NCBI GenBank assembly: GCA_047495785.1
Contig: JBLDXI010000025.1
Coordinates: forward strand, 2,232,001 to 2,296,000
Length of the DNA: 64,000 bases
DNA from: Lepidodermella squamata
Taxonomy: Eukaryota; Animalia; Gastrotricha
Direction: 5' to 3'
The position numbers and the translations under genes were made by a program. Below the pieces are notes generated by a model. It had not been told where the DNA came from and did not search any database. It saw only the letters and a program-made list of their open reading frames with translations. Positions 1 to 14,367 of this stretch are shown piece by piece. Every line of letters starts with the position of its first letter. The stretch's first letter is position 1.

Positions 1-813
1 AGGTAACTTCGTCTCTCATTTCAGTTTCTGAACACTTCTCCGTGTAATTACATTGCTTGCGTTACTATCAAAGTTATGGACGATTAAAAAAGTTGAAAAA
101 TCGCCGGATAATCGGGACTCGCAAGCCATTCAAAGAATCGCATAATTTTCGAGCATTGTGTCGCTCCCGTTAACCCAACTCGTCGATATAAGCCGTTGCA
201 GTATTCTCCAGCTATCTCCCTTAAAATTAGGTCATTGAACCGTAAACCGTGTCGGCCAATCAAAAACTTCCAGCGAGTAATTATTTCATTTTTTATTATG
301 TTTTTTTCCTTTCAATATTTTCGGTCAATTTTTCCGAGTTGAGAGACAAACGTGCAACTTGTCGCGAGTCAAAGTTAATAGTAACATTCACTATTCATTA
401 TAATAATCAATAAATTATATCAATTTTCATCCATTTACACAACAGCAACAGCTCTAACTTTCTGTACATTATCATCAATATCTCGCCGAAAATTTTATTA
501 AATGAAACGAACGAGAATGTCTACAAATCAAAAGGCAAAGAGGAAGTCTCGAATCATCAGTTTTAGCATAATAACATAAAAAATGAAAAACCAACTCAAT
601 AAGGAGGAAAGTTTGCTATAATAATATTTCAGATTTTTTTACCATCAATTATTATCAAAAAAAACAAGAGATGATGATGAGAGAGAAATGACGTGAGCAT
701 AATCATTAATTTTGTTCAAGCGCGTTAAAATCGAATTGTTTACACTGATTAAGGCGGATTTTTTATTTTAAACTCTGAAAGACATGAAATTAATTTTTCT
801 AGCCCGATTTTCT

Positions 814-3800
814 TCAAGGCGTCGACGTTTCGGACGATGACCCGCCGCCGTTTTGCTGCGCGACCATAACCAACTGGCGATACTCGGCATCCGGGTTGTA
901 GCCGATAACTCGCCGTTGTAGTACCATCGACACCTCAGACATAGCCGGGCGGCGCGACGGATCGGCCCGCCAGCACTCTTCCATAAGGCACGCCAACTCA
1001 GCCGGGCAGTACGGCGACGGGATGCGCGGCAAATACGTCTCGTCATTCGACAGCTTACAAATGTGAGATGCTACGGCAGTTTCGTTTAGATGAGGCAGGG
1101 GTAGTAGGACCTCGGTCGGGGCGGGCGAGTAGGAGACAGTGCCCCAGGCTAGCAGTTCCCACAGGGTGACTGCAAATGACCAAACGTCAGATTTCGCCGA
1201 GTAGTCACCCGCTAGCAGGACCTCAGGCGCTGCCCACCGGACCGCGACCGGGCGATTCGCGCCTCGGCTCGACAGCGGCGTGTTCGGTTGAGAATACAGC
1301 CGCTGGTACCGTGTCCTAGCCGCCGCTGTGTCGGAGAGTTTCAGGACTAGCCCGACGCCGACGAAGCAATTCCGCGAGCCGACATCGCCGTGGCACATAT
1401 GCGCGACTGAGTCCATGTATCTGAGTGCCGAACTCAACTGCGAGGCGAGATGCAGCCGGCAGGATAGCGATAGGTACGAGCTGTGATCTGCTAACAAATC
1501 AACCATATCGCCTAATTTCGGCAGTTCATGCACGAGAATATTCGCCTGCATTGACTGGCCGACGACTAGCGATATGTTAGGGTGGTTCAAAATCGTTAGC
1601 AACCGGCATTCCGAGGCGAATTGATCGCGAGATATGTCCGGCGCGTTCGGGAAGAGGCGTTTCACCAAAACTAGGGCAGACGATACGGACTGGTCGTTTG
1701 ACCTAATTTCGCAGATGGTAATCTCGCCGAATTGCCCGCGGCCCAGGGTTTCGACGAGCAGCAACGACTCAGGGTCGATTTCGGCGACGAATCGCTCTTC
1801 GACCTCGGTCAACAACTGCTGGGCCTGTTCGTCCAGATCGTTCGCCGTCGCGCTGAGATTCGCCAAAATCGGCAGGGTGTTGCCGCAGGACCCGGTCCCG
1901 CACCCCGGCCCAGCCCTAGCGCCTAGGTCGTAGGCACTCAGGCGTGACGTGGTGTTATTGCCGGTCATTAGATGAGTCGAAGGCCGGCCGGTTGTTCGCG
2001 GCGAGGCGACCGATGTCCCAACATGCCACCTACGACCCGCGGCCGGGGAGATCCAGCGGCCCAGGGTGCCCATAGTCGGAGCATTCCCGTTGTTGCTATT
2101 CTGAATAAACTGCCGCTGATGGCTCGAATTCGGGGAGATGACGTTCGGCGGCATCGGGGCGCGGATCGTGGGGAGGAACCCTGGCTGCTCGTGAGGCGGG
2201 CTCACCGTGACCCCGAACGCGAGATGACCCGAATTCGGGGGTGAGGTCAACGCGTTAGGCATGAACCCTAGCGATGTCGCGGTTGTTGTCCAGTCGGAAT
2301 TCACGCTGACCAGCAACTGGCGGCTCCCGTAGGGCTTCTCAGCGGATCCATTGATATCAGGGGCGCCGGTCGAGTGGGGCGGCGAGGCGGAACCCGGTCC
2401 GGCTGAGGTGCTAGCCGCCGAGCCGCTGCTGCCGTTCGCCAACATGCACGCCTCATCGTCGTGCAAAACCGACCTGAGATCTCTCAAATCACCCCTGGGG
2501 CCCAGGGCGCAAGGCCGGTAGACAAAGGCGGCACTCGGGCGTTTTAAACCCCCTGATTCAATCGAAACACCCCGCCTTCGCTTTAACCTCCGCCGCCTGA
2601 TAACACAAGCGAGGACCACCACGAAAATCAACAGGGTGACTGCTAGGATCGACCCGACTACAATTGCGATGAACTCCTCACTCAACGGCCGCAGCTCAAT
2701 TATCGGTTTCGTTATCAACTGCCGATCGGGTACCACCGCCGGTTCGGTACTAGGACTGGTCGAGGCTGTGCTATCCGTCTCGCTATTCACGTCAACATTC
2801 TCCGTCGAGTCATCGCTGGTTAAATGGCCCTCCTTAAGCCGCTTCGACAGCTCCTCATCGATGATATTCGTCATTTGCGTCGTAATTTTCCCACGCCCTG
2901 GCTTGCCGGTTTTCCACTTATTCGGGTCTTTACTACCTGGTTTCTTCGATTTTTCCGATTTCTTCGTCGAGGTCGAAGTCAGGGTCGTTGTCGATGGCGG
3001 AATTGGTGTCGTAGTACTAGGCGTAGTCGACGTAGTAGTCGTGACAGTTGTCTCAGCGGTTATCAGCGCTAAATCACTCGCTGGAACCGAGTCGAAATGA
3101 ACCTCGCTAATCGCAATCCATTGCGAGGCGAAAAGCATCGTCATTTTAACATAACGGCCAATTGTTTTTGATAGATCGATTCGAATCGACTCTGGGTGGG
3201 CGGAATCCGACCGGACTGGCCTGGTTTCAACGGCTTTTTGAAACCAAACGCCGCCGATGGAGAATTCGAGTTTAACATAAGCCGGCGTTCTCACGTCTAA
3301 TTTAGGGTCGTTTGACGTGTGGATGATTGCTGACGAGAAGTTGCGGACGCTGTCGAATTCGAATAGGATGCGGATGGGTTGGCCGTTGTTGCGCCATGCG
3401 ACTGATCGCAGCAGGTTTCGCGAGTCGGGTTGTTGCGGGTTGGCGCCGGGTTCCAGCTGGCCGTCCATCAGGAGGCCGAGGCCTTGTATCCAACTGCCGT
3501 TTGAGAATGTACCGTCGTAGCGCGAGTCGTCGAGCAGAGCGTCACCGAGACGATCGCCGGGCGGAGTTGAATAGCTGACGTAGCCACCTTGAGAAAATAT
3601 AAATTAAAAATTAATAAAAAGAAAGATGGGAAATTCATTTTCCGAAAATTACCTAATAAAATTAACAAAAATTACTTATGGAGCAAATTTCAAAATGTCA
3701 AAATTCCGAAAATTCTGTGAAAATTTAGAATTTAAAAAATTTAAAAAATTTAGCACTAAAATGTTTCATCTGATGAGCTGAATAAACATAAAAATTCCCA

Positions 3801-6800
3801 AATCTTCTAAAATTTTCCAAATTACTCATTTTGAAATTTAAAAAAAATTTTATTTTAAATAAATCGAATCGATGATTTTCCAAATATTGGGCTGAATTCA
3901 TCATATTTTCCTCATTAATTTTCATCAATCAGAAGGTTTCAGCCATCAGATAAATAAGTTCTCAAATTCTTCAGTAAAAACTCGAGCATTGCAAATTTTC
4001 GAGCAATAATATCCAGATCAAATATTTTAAAAAAGTATGAAAAGCGGGAATTTGCAAATAAATATTCCAAATTGGCAAGCGAATTTTTAAATGGTCCGAT
4101 GCACATACTATTAAGCAAACTTTTTTAGATTTTCCCATTAGTAATAAATTCCAAAATCAATCAGAAAAATTCAGCCCGGTTATTGGCAATTCGCTGCCGC
4201 CAAGAAATGACCAATGACTATTCACGAGCATCGCAAATTTCCTAGTTTAACACTTCCATTGAAATGTTCCAGCCAATTTGTATGCAAAATTTTACCTCAT
4301 TAAAAAATATGAAAAAAATTATGTTTTTTCAAAAATTCAAGGCTTATTCAGATATTACAGATTATATTGCTAATATTTTCTTCGTTTCATGTCACATTTT
4401 TTCTTCCTTTTTCATCCTCATTTTTTATGAATGAATGCTGAATCTAGATTAAGTGTATAATTCATAAGTATTTACTTTTATCTCGACAGCCGTAGAATCC
4501 AAGATGCAGGCAGATCTTCTTGGCTGGCGCGTCAGCCGGCTGCAGCGGTACAATGCGAATGAACCGTGCTAGCAGGGGCGGGTCCAGCGCCGTCAGCTCG
4601 ATGCCACTCGAGTCGTCGTTGCCCTTCATCACCTGAAACGTCACAAACAATTGTAATATCACATCGTGCCATCAAAGTAAACACTTGACTCAAATATAAG
4701 TCATATTAATAATACCCGAAAATTATTACAATCAGCCATTTAGCATCATCATCATCGCCTTTTTACACGGTTCATTGCCTTAAATTGTATGCCTATTAGG
4801 GTGGCCGATAATGAAACAATAAAAGGTGCCCGCGACGAGAAAGTTGTTTACTTTGTTTCGGTCCGTTTATTACGCCTGATTTGACCCTGTGCGTTCAAAT
4901 AACTGGACGCAATAATATAAGTTGTCTTTTTCGAAAAATATTGTTGTGCCGCGGAGAAAAATCGAATTATATACCCGCTCTATAAATTTGTTTACGGCAA
5001 AAACTTGTTGTCTGCATCGTCGTATTTTTAAGGCGATTAAACCAGGGGCGTCGGATGAATTATCATTATCGTTATTATTTTTCATATACAGCCAAGATTT
5101 CGGCTGTAAAACGAAATAAAACACAAAGCCCTGAGGGATGCTTGCCGATATACACAAAAAGGCCAATTTAGCCTGCACTTGTCGTCGTGTTTTTGTTTAC
5201 GCCAGGTACTTACTATTACAGCGATGATAGAAATAAATATGCAAATACGACGTAACACTTTTTGAATTATAAGGTGGTTGTGGTTGACCGTTGGCCGATT
5301 CATATAAAATGCACGATAAACAGGTGTGAGAGAGCGTGGTAATAAAACACACCACGACGCGCAATTATCGGAAATAAATGCGATAAATTTTATTATTATG
5401 GAAATCACACACAAGCGACAACAATATAAACGGCGTCGCTAGGAAGTCGCTAAGCGCGGGTCGGAATTAAACCACAGATAATGTGGGAAAAATAGCCATA
5501 AATTGACCCCAATCATCGCAGAGGGAAAAAATTGAAAAAAATATATTTTTGATTAACCCTTTCATGGCGGAATTATTTATCTGCGGTAGAAAAAATATTT
5601 GAAGGCAGTTCTAGGGGTTTTAGAGGGCCCTGATCACGATTTTGAAACCCGTTTAACTCTATCTATCACCGCTAATGCTGTACAAAAAGTGGCCGAAATC
5701 GTCCTATCCGCCCAGCTGATTTCAGCAGATTTTTCGAACACCCTAATTTCTGTCTCAGGTGATTCCAGCTTTGGAATTTTAGATTATAAATTACTCCCAT
5801 GAATGTCCCCAAGATTCTCCCTCACTTAAATCGCCGAAAACATTCAGTTTAAAAAAGTTTCAGAGGCTCAGCATTCAGATCTGAATTCAGTTTTTCCAGT
5901 TTTTGCTCGCGACAGTTTTTGCAGCACAAAAACCATGCACTCCGCCTGTATGAGTCCTGGCGGATAGGACGATTTCGGCCGGTTTGATTAAATCTCAATA
6001 GCGTCGTCATTTTTAATTTCCAACTCGAAAAAATTTGCAAAGAGGTCAATGAGACTATGGCGGACACGGTGGTATTTTTTGTTGGATCAAAAAATGATCA
6101 GAAACCTATGAGATTTCAAGTTGAAAAAAATCGAAATTTCAATCTCAGGTTGACTATTTTCAAATTGCTTGTATGTCCTGACCATGCAAGATAACGGCGC
6201 CCTGGTCTTAAAACCTTGTAGCCAACATCGAAAAGCAATATTCCTGAAAAGGGCGATCAAAAATTCATCGAATTCAATTTTCTGTGAATTTTCAAAGTCG
6301 AAATTCCGAAATCGTCCTTCCCGCCGTGAAAGGGTTAAGGAGGATTTTTAATAAAAATTAGAAAATTAAATTACACCCCAAATTCAAAATTTTATAATTA
6401 TTTATAAAATTTATAAATTATATTTTTGTCAAAAAAATTCTCACCTCAGCTCCGTTGAAGAGTCGATAAACTTTCCAAGTTTCGTTAGATTTTCGCTTAA
6501 ATTCGATGCGATAACGTTCGACGTATTCATTGGTGGCCAACAGGCGGCCTTTTGTCAGTACGCCGCGGAAATAGTACAACGCGCCGTAGTCGATTTGCAG
6601 CCATTCCGACTGGTCAGTGGGCCGGTCGAACCCGGGGTGAACGTAGCCGCGCGAGCACCAGCCTTCACCCTCGAGTCGCACCTGGTTAGCGTCGAAATTA
6701 CCCTCGTAAGAACTCGCCGTTAACACGGCTTTATCGCCAACTGTTTTCAGCAATTCGTCATTATCCTGCTGGCCGCAGCTTAATGATCCTGAAAAAATGT

Positions 6801-9800
6801 GTAAATTTTTAATTAATGTTATTGATCATTAAATTAATTAATTTTTCCGTCATCAATTTCTCATCTGTGCCTAAACTAATTATTTAATTAGGCCCAATTT
6901 TTCGAGTCAAATACGACAGCACGGAAACGGGTGCGACGAACGACAGATGTCAGGCGCGAGATCAAGTCATCTGCCAGTCGCCCGGCTACTACTGGTTATC
7001 GCATAGCATTTGAGCCTATTTGCCAATATATATAACTATATAATAATAACATTGGCCGCAACTTGCGCAACACATTTGGCGACGGACTAAGAGGGGTGGG
7101 TGGGTCTTCGTTCGCACCCGCTAGGTCAGCCAGCTTATCGTCAGACCGGCGCCAAAATCGAAGCCGATAATGCCCAGCTTAGTTGCGTAACGCGCGATCA
7201 ATCGCACACACAGGCTTCTCTTTTATACTAATATTTATTATTATTACCCGTCGCCCGTATTTATTACATTACTCAATGTTTGCTAACAAGCTAATGGCCG
7301 GAATCAATTGGATTTGAGACCCTTTATTATTATCATCGCCCATTGTCTAGCCGGGCTAGAAATTTGTCACAACTCGACGAGGTCATTTCACTGAGAGAAT
7401 TAAATCACGACGACAGCCACCTTAATGAAAATAAATTTGAAAACAATGCGTGCTTGAGGTGTCAATGATCTTATTTTAAGGTCGCGCTGTATTATTTCTA
7501 ATTATCACAAGACCGCTGACCCGTATGAGTAGACGCGTGCCGAGTGCGCCTCACCGCCCCTATGCGCCACCCTACCTTGCCCACTCAACGTGTCAAGTGG
7601 CGACATAGGTGTGAAGCGTTTAAACATTATTTCGCAATCATTCACGCCACCGAGTTCCCATATGGCCAGCTACTAAAAATGGCAGCAAATAATTATTATT
7701 AGACTACCGGCGGCTTGTCGCCTAAGCTCAGACGGCTTATCTGGGCAAGCAGATGGCGAGCGATCTCACGATAATAGCCGCAAACCGGTAAACACTGAAT
7801 TGTTTACTCATAATCTTATTAAAAATGCCGGTGAAAGTTAAACGCGGTCACCTGTTGCAAAGATGAAAAATTTCGTTTTAATCAAGTCACGTATTCAAAA
7901 TTCTTAGCGAGCCGTCACGCGAAAAATTACCGCTATAAAAACAAAACGTGATTGACGTAACAAATAGCGAGCGTTCGGAATTCGAGTGTACAAAAGGCTC
8001 GCAGGCGTTGCCGACAGATAAATATTATTTATTGCGCGAAATCGTAACATAACAACGCACCGTTCAATTTCCCGTGCCGCCGTACGCTATACTAACTACT
8101 ACTATAAAGGTGAAAATTGCTGCGCGGTTAGACACCCTCGAAGCGCCGGGTGACGGTTATACGCGAAAGTACGCACTTGAAATTATTAAGGCGGCGGTAA
8201 ATATTTGCGCGATTTTTTCGGCGCGCGCGCGTCAAGAGGCGCGGCGGTGCTATTATCTTTGCGCGAACAGCCGCATCCTATGGTTACCTAAACCGGTTCG
8301 AACACTTGACGCGCCACTTGTCGTAATGCCTAAATTGAGTAAGTATAAGTAGACGTAAATATAAACGCACCTGAAACAGCCGCGATCGAGATCGAGATAG
8401 CGACGGTGATGTGAAGTAAAAATTCCACCTTAAAAATTCGCATTTGTCAAGTTTTCGCGTTTTTCTCACGATAACAGAAGCGAATTTTCGACAGCAGATG
8501 ATGTCATAAGTAAACAGCGGCAAAAATTGTGTGAAATATTAAATATCAAGTCTCTATAGGAATAAAAATAAACAAAACGGGAATTATTGTTATTATTTTA
8601 GCTGACAAGTAGAAATTTTTCCTGTAAAATAATAGCGTCTTTTGGGCTGCAAGCGGCGGTCAATTACGAGCCTAAAATATGAAGAGCGAGAGAGATATAT
8701 GCATTATAGCGATAGAGACATGAATGGGCCAAACGAATGAAAATTTTACCATCGTAGTCATAATCCACGATGCGATGCTAGTAACAATAATACAATATTT
8801 ACAATTTATGCCGGGGTATCATCGCCGCGCGCAATGTGGACACGAGTGGGGGTGAACTCTCGCGAAACACAGGAAGACATGATAATAAAAGTTGGCCCTA
8901 ATAAAACCGTAGTTGTAGTAAATTTATACATGTAGCGTTCTATACAGCATAAAATCGAAATTATATAGCGGTCATCATTATAAACAAACACATTCTCGTT
9001 GTAAGATAGATACTTTAGCTACGTTCAAAACACAGGGTGCCTCGTTCTATGAATATTATAAAAATAGCCAACAGAGTAATAAAACGACGGCAACACATCA
9101 TTTCCTGGGCCATTAATACGGCTATTAAGGAGTAAAGGAGCCAAGCGGGGGTGTGTAAAATTGTAAGAGAAAGTTTTTCGCCGCCGATAAACAGCTGTTC
9201 CAATAAATATATTGAATCGCTTATTACTCGTAGTATGGGCGAGAAAAGGGCTACTATGCACTACTACTTGGTCACCGCGTGAGACTTTGTGTGTCGCTAG
9301 TCACTCGGCCAATCAGCGCGCGCCGTGTGCGCACACCCTCCCATGCTCATGAATATTAATGTGCCAGCCGGGTGGACACAAACGCGACAACAACTCGCGC
9401 TGAGAAAATTAGCACGGCGGGAAACAAAAAATGCAAATTGCATATACAACATTTGTATTATAATTAGCCATATATACAGCAGACCAGAGCTAAATCCTAT
9501 TTTTGCTAAATTTGATAATAATGATAACGCGATGAACAAAACAACAAGATCGGCCAAAAAATCGACCCGCGAATAAGGCAGCACATTCGTGTTATTTCTA
9601 GCCGCCATGATCCATCTCGCTGCCCCTAGAGTGCATTATACTTCAACGCGCGGTCAGTTGCGGCCGGGCGCTAAAAAAAAATCACGCGCAAATAATAATT
9701 TATATTGCGCGCGCATACATTTCGGCGATCTGATCGGAACGCCCGCGCGATTGACTCGCGGACTACTACTATCTATTTCGGTGTAATTTCTTTATCAAAA

Positions 9801-12800
9801 CAATAGAAAATCGCGCCGCGGCTATATGCGCCGCAATTTAGCACGCCGATATAACTGTTATTATAACATTAAATTCTAGTCATGATTTCATCATATCGTT
9901 ATTATTAAAAAATCAAGAGGGATGAACAATATGCGGAAATATTTTTTTAACCGCAAGATTTTTGCACCGAGGAAAATTGAATAAAAATTGCGAGGGGCGA
10001 GAAAATTATAAAGTTATTAAGGAGGAGGAAGCGAAAAAATAGATGTGTCGGTCGAGTGTTTGGGGGACGCGTTGAGCAACAAGAAGCGGACGCGTAATCC
10101 GGTCGTAGGCGCGCGACTTGAAAAACGAGCCGTCGTGTTATGATTGCGATTAATAGGCCGTGGGAGTAATCGTCGTCTTAGATGAGCCTACTGGTATTAC
10201 TTTTATTGTTATAACCAGCAGCTCGGCAAGCAGCGCTGGGTGGCGATAAATGGTCGGCTTATAAATATAACGAGATAAAAGGATGAGCGCGCTCGAGAGC
10301 GAGGCCGAGCTCTACAAAAGCAAGCGATGCGGCTCAATGCCGCCGAGCCGCAGACAAAGGCGCGTACAACTTGCCTGTGCGTTGATGCTTGTCAACGCCG
10401 CCTTAATACGCGCAAACGGTGCGCACACGCGCGCTTATACTAGTTGTAATATATTCAACCTTTTACTTATTTTACAACTGCGACAGTACGACAATAAAAC
10501 ATCGTTTTCGCTGTCGCGAGATGCAGATAATACGCGCTCGGCTCGGCCCACTCGAGGCCGGGATGCCGAATAAACACGATGCGCGCCGACGCTGTCTTGA
10601 AATTGCGAGATAAAAGAGCGTAAACAGCAGCAGCAGCAGCAGCGCCCGGCCCCGTTTTGCTACAACACAAGGGCGCCCGTTCAAAATAACCTGTCAGATT
10701 TTTTTTCGTCGTTATATCTTGCTCGCTGCATCGGACAGGTTCAACAGGGCGCCTGTCTACGACGTTCTCGAGGCAAATAAAAACAAAAACAAGTGTTGTT
10801 GTTTTGTTACCAATTAACTAGTCAGACAACGGCTGAAGAGCTCTAATTTCTCTTAAGTAAACTCGCCTCAGGAGAGGCAACTTTGACGCCAAAATGTCAT
10901 CGCGGGACCATTGTTAGAAACGCAAGATTGCCCTAATGAGAGAAAAACGATAAGATGCTGCGGAATTTTCTCGAAGCGCACATTATTCGTGATAATTCAA
11001 CAAAAAACAAAAAATCCTAAAAAATCGCACAAAGTTTGAAAAAAAAATTAAGGAGGAATATTTAGATATCGAGCGGCTAGCTTGACCTCGCCTTTCGAAA
11101 TCGTTAAAACCGGGACTTTGAAAAATTCAGAAAAAATCGTTAATAATAACGTTTTCGATTTTCTAACGATGTTTCAAGAGGTAAGAACAACAAGTGTTAA
11201 GGAGTAAGATGGTAATGATTTTGAAGCTGGTGGTTTCACCTTGCGGCGGCGGCCGCCAAAAGCGACGATTGAGTAGCCGGTGGCGCGTGTCCGGCGCCGC
11301 GCGCCCGCCCGCCTGCCGCCCGGGTCGGCGCCGAAATGCTCGACTGGCAATCTCGCGCCTAATAATCAGTGTGAACAACAAACGCGGGCGAAGATCATTA
11401 GCCGGCTACTACTAAACAACTAATAAACAACAGATCGTAAATGTGTAGAGATGCCTGTATTATAGCAGTAGTAGTAGAAGTACTACAAGAAGAAGATGCG
11501 CGATAATTTTTACAAATTTGGCGCATTTTCGGTTTTGGCGTCGCCTTTGTCTGCGAAACCCCGTCCGCACGCCGACAAGAGGCGTCGTTTTACTAATTGA
11601 CTTTCCGTTCAAGAGGCGACGCCAAACAGACAAGAAAACTTGAACATCCGAAATCCGACGCATCAAAATTTCTCTAAAAGGGGATTAGCCAGCCGGTTGG
11701 TTGTAATTTATCTATTTGCTATTTTAATAAATAGCCACAAATTTATTGTTGTATCGCTGCTGCTGCTACTTATTAGTATTGCTAAAAACGGCCGCGGCTG
11801 ATTACGCGCCGAGAAATAATAAGTTATTGCGCAATGCCATTGACGCATCTTCAACGGCCCTTAGGGCGAAAGTAATTAAGGCGACTGGTAATTAGCCAAA
11901 TTCTACACGGCTCGCAGGTATTAAACCCAGCGGGTGGCGACCGCATGAGAAAACAGCCCCTCGACAGAAACGGTGACATGGCAAATTATCTACGCTAATT
12001 CAGAAATAAAAATACCAACCGCAACCAGCCACTATATGAATGAATGAACGTAAAAATAAAGGTGGTATAGTGTACAAATAGCTGCGATGAGACTGCTGAT
12101 GCTGATTAAACAGCACGCCGTGTAAATGATGATCAGTCAGTCAGTCAGTCGGGTCGTAAAAGAAGAAGAAGAAGAAGAGTTAGTGCTATATAGATGGGAT
12201 GGGTTATAAAATATTGTTTACGGATGCGCTTATTTATATAATCCGCGCGCGCGATCCGCCTTAATAACACTCGAAATTATTAGAAGTAGTCGGTTTGGTT
12301 TCACGGCTGCTGTTGTTTCACGGCAACGATGTTTTGTTAGCGGAAGAAAGTATCGCTGTGCGTTTTGTGGAAAAACAAAGCAGCCAGCGAGCAGAAGACG
12401 CGCGGGGCTGGGTTCGGTTTACAAACACACTGATCGAGGCGTCGAAATTACCGCGTGCCACAAAAACATAAACACGCGAATTAATCGCTACTAACCCAAG
12501 TTTTTTCGCGCGCCCGTAAACATGGCCAAAAATCTAAGGGCGTTGTTAAAAGTCACGTCCCTTCGAGCAGCAGCGGAGATAACAGCAGCAGACCGGGGCC
12601 GGTAAACACACACAGGAAGTTTTTCGAGCGACAAAGAAAGTAACAGGAAGCGAGAAAATGATAAAAGCTCGTGAGCAAATTTGCCTTCCATCGCCAGCCG
12701 GCGGCGGTGCTTTGTTCTTCAAAATGACAAAGCACGCGTTTCGTGTAAAAGTTATTACAATAATTGTAACGCGATGCCGTTAAAACCTGTAAAAATTCGC

Positions 12801-14367
12801 CAGGCGATGAAAAATTGAATAAAAACAATAAAAAGTGTGTTTTTAGCTGGTGTGTTGAAAAGCCACCAACCAGCCAGGCAATAAAAACCGTCGCCCCACG
12901 CGCCAGCTAGTAGGTCATCGCACAGACGAAGAACAAACAAGTAAAATGGCCATGACGTGTGTTAGGCCGAAAAATTTGCGTGACTTTTGACGTCATTATT
13001 ATTATTACTGTCATTACCACACACACATACATACAGCAGTGTAAAAAGATGCATGGATGCGAAGGCGCGGTGTGGTGGTGTTTAACCGGCGTCAAAAACT
13101 TGTAAAAATGCACGTGTTGACGATGATATCTAAATAATAAACATTTTATTACACCTTAAATGAGCAATGAGTGAGTGAGCGAGGTTAGGAGAAGCAAAAA
13201 AAAATTTGAATAAAAATAGCGCGTGCTTTTAAGGCGGATTTTTCATGTATTATTATTTTTAAAAACGCGCGCGCGCAGTGCAACATTGCGCACGTGTTTA
13301 TTTCACCGGCAATTCGTGATAAATTCCGACGCTGAATGCTTTCGTATGCTGGCCGTTGCTCGTCGACAGGAAAAAAGGTCATTTAGCCGGCGCCGGGCCT
13401 GCGGCAGGCGGCGGCCAGGTGCCAGCCAGGAAATTCGAGCTCACTTTGCGCACACGGAGATTTTCGAGATAACTCGAGGCGATGTGGTCATTTTGTTGTT
13501 GTTGTTGCTGGTTGTCACCTTGGCGTTGTGTCGACGATGTCGCGGCTCGGTGATGTCGTCGCACACAATCGCCAATGTGCGTTTTGCACATTTTCCCGAG
13601 CGAGAGCGAAACTCGATATAGTATCGCAGAGGTGTTTCCAGCATGAGTATGGGTGATGCAACAGGGTGGTGTCTGATCTCTAAAAATGATTTCGCAAGGG
13701 CGGGCCCCGCCTTTTTACGGCCAAATGGCGCCTTCAGATAGCGATCGACGTTCAAAAACCGTAATTACAACCGCGCCGCACACACTTTGAATTTGACGCA
13801 TCACTCATCGCATCGGCGCCATTAATATTATTGGGGTGAGAAGATAAAGTATATATATCGGAAGCCTTTCACTGTATCGCGCTCACCTTTTGGCGTACAT
13901 TTCAGTACAAGATTAATGCGCGCGGCTCACGCGCTCTCTGAAGACGAAATGATGCGCTGCACTCAAAATTAAGGTGGAGATCGCCTGCCGTGATCGAATT
14001 AGCCCGGGCGCGTGCGTCTCGCGATAAATCACGCCGGCCTTTGATCCGCACCGCTGCCACTAACTGCGTCTCGTGTCAAATAGTACTAACAATGTTCGCT
14101 CATTCATAATTCGAATTTACGCCCATCAATCAGCCGATATATATTGGTTACTAAGAACAAAATATCCAATCATAGGCGATGGTAGGAGGAGATGCAACGA
14201 AGCGAAACTACAGACGTTGTCGCTATTATGACCAAAGGCGATTGATTAATCAAACTATCATTCGAGCTCAAAATCGAAGTTCGGTTTTCAAAATTTAGGT
14301 TAATATCTATTAAGAGCAATAAATAAATAATTAATTGAATAAAAATTGCGTGAAAAATATGGGTCAT
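814..14367 (-). CDS. DDR: Discoidin domain receptor tyrosine kinase (DDR-like), ~1128 aa; exons 14367-14256 (tentative signal-peptide exon), 6788-6445, 4632-4476, 3587-814
   Basis: F5/8C discoidin motifs (LTASS, GWC, EWLQIDYG, ARFIRIVP, LGFYGC), then a DS-like domain (GYVSYSTPPG, GLGLLMDG, WIAISEVHF), Thr-rich stalk, TM segment (IAIVVGSILAVTLLIFVVVLACVI-RRRR) and kinase (LGRGQFGEI, VRWAAPE, KSDVWSFAVTLWE). GT-AG junctions are phase-compatible (1,0,1). Exon 1 is less certain. Confidence 0.9.
5557..6334. mobile_element. Non-autonomous piggyBac-like element (MITE) in a DDR intron
   Basis: TTAA at 5553-5556 and 6335-6338; terminal inverted repeats CCCTTTCATGGCGG / CCGCCGTGAAAGGG (13/14 match); no transposase ORF. 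Confidence 0.85.

Noticed and set aside
1-240. Possible terminal exon of a neighbouring gene
   Set aside because: No frame gives a recognisable product; cannot be supported.
11163-11381. Hydrophobic stretch FKIITILLLNTCCSYLL with a possible phase-1 donor as DDR exon 1
   Set aside because: No in-frame ATG before an upstream stop; the 14367 candidate has acceptor, ATG and phase all consistent.
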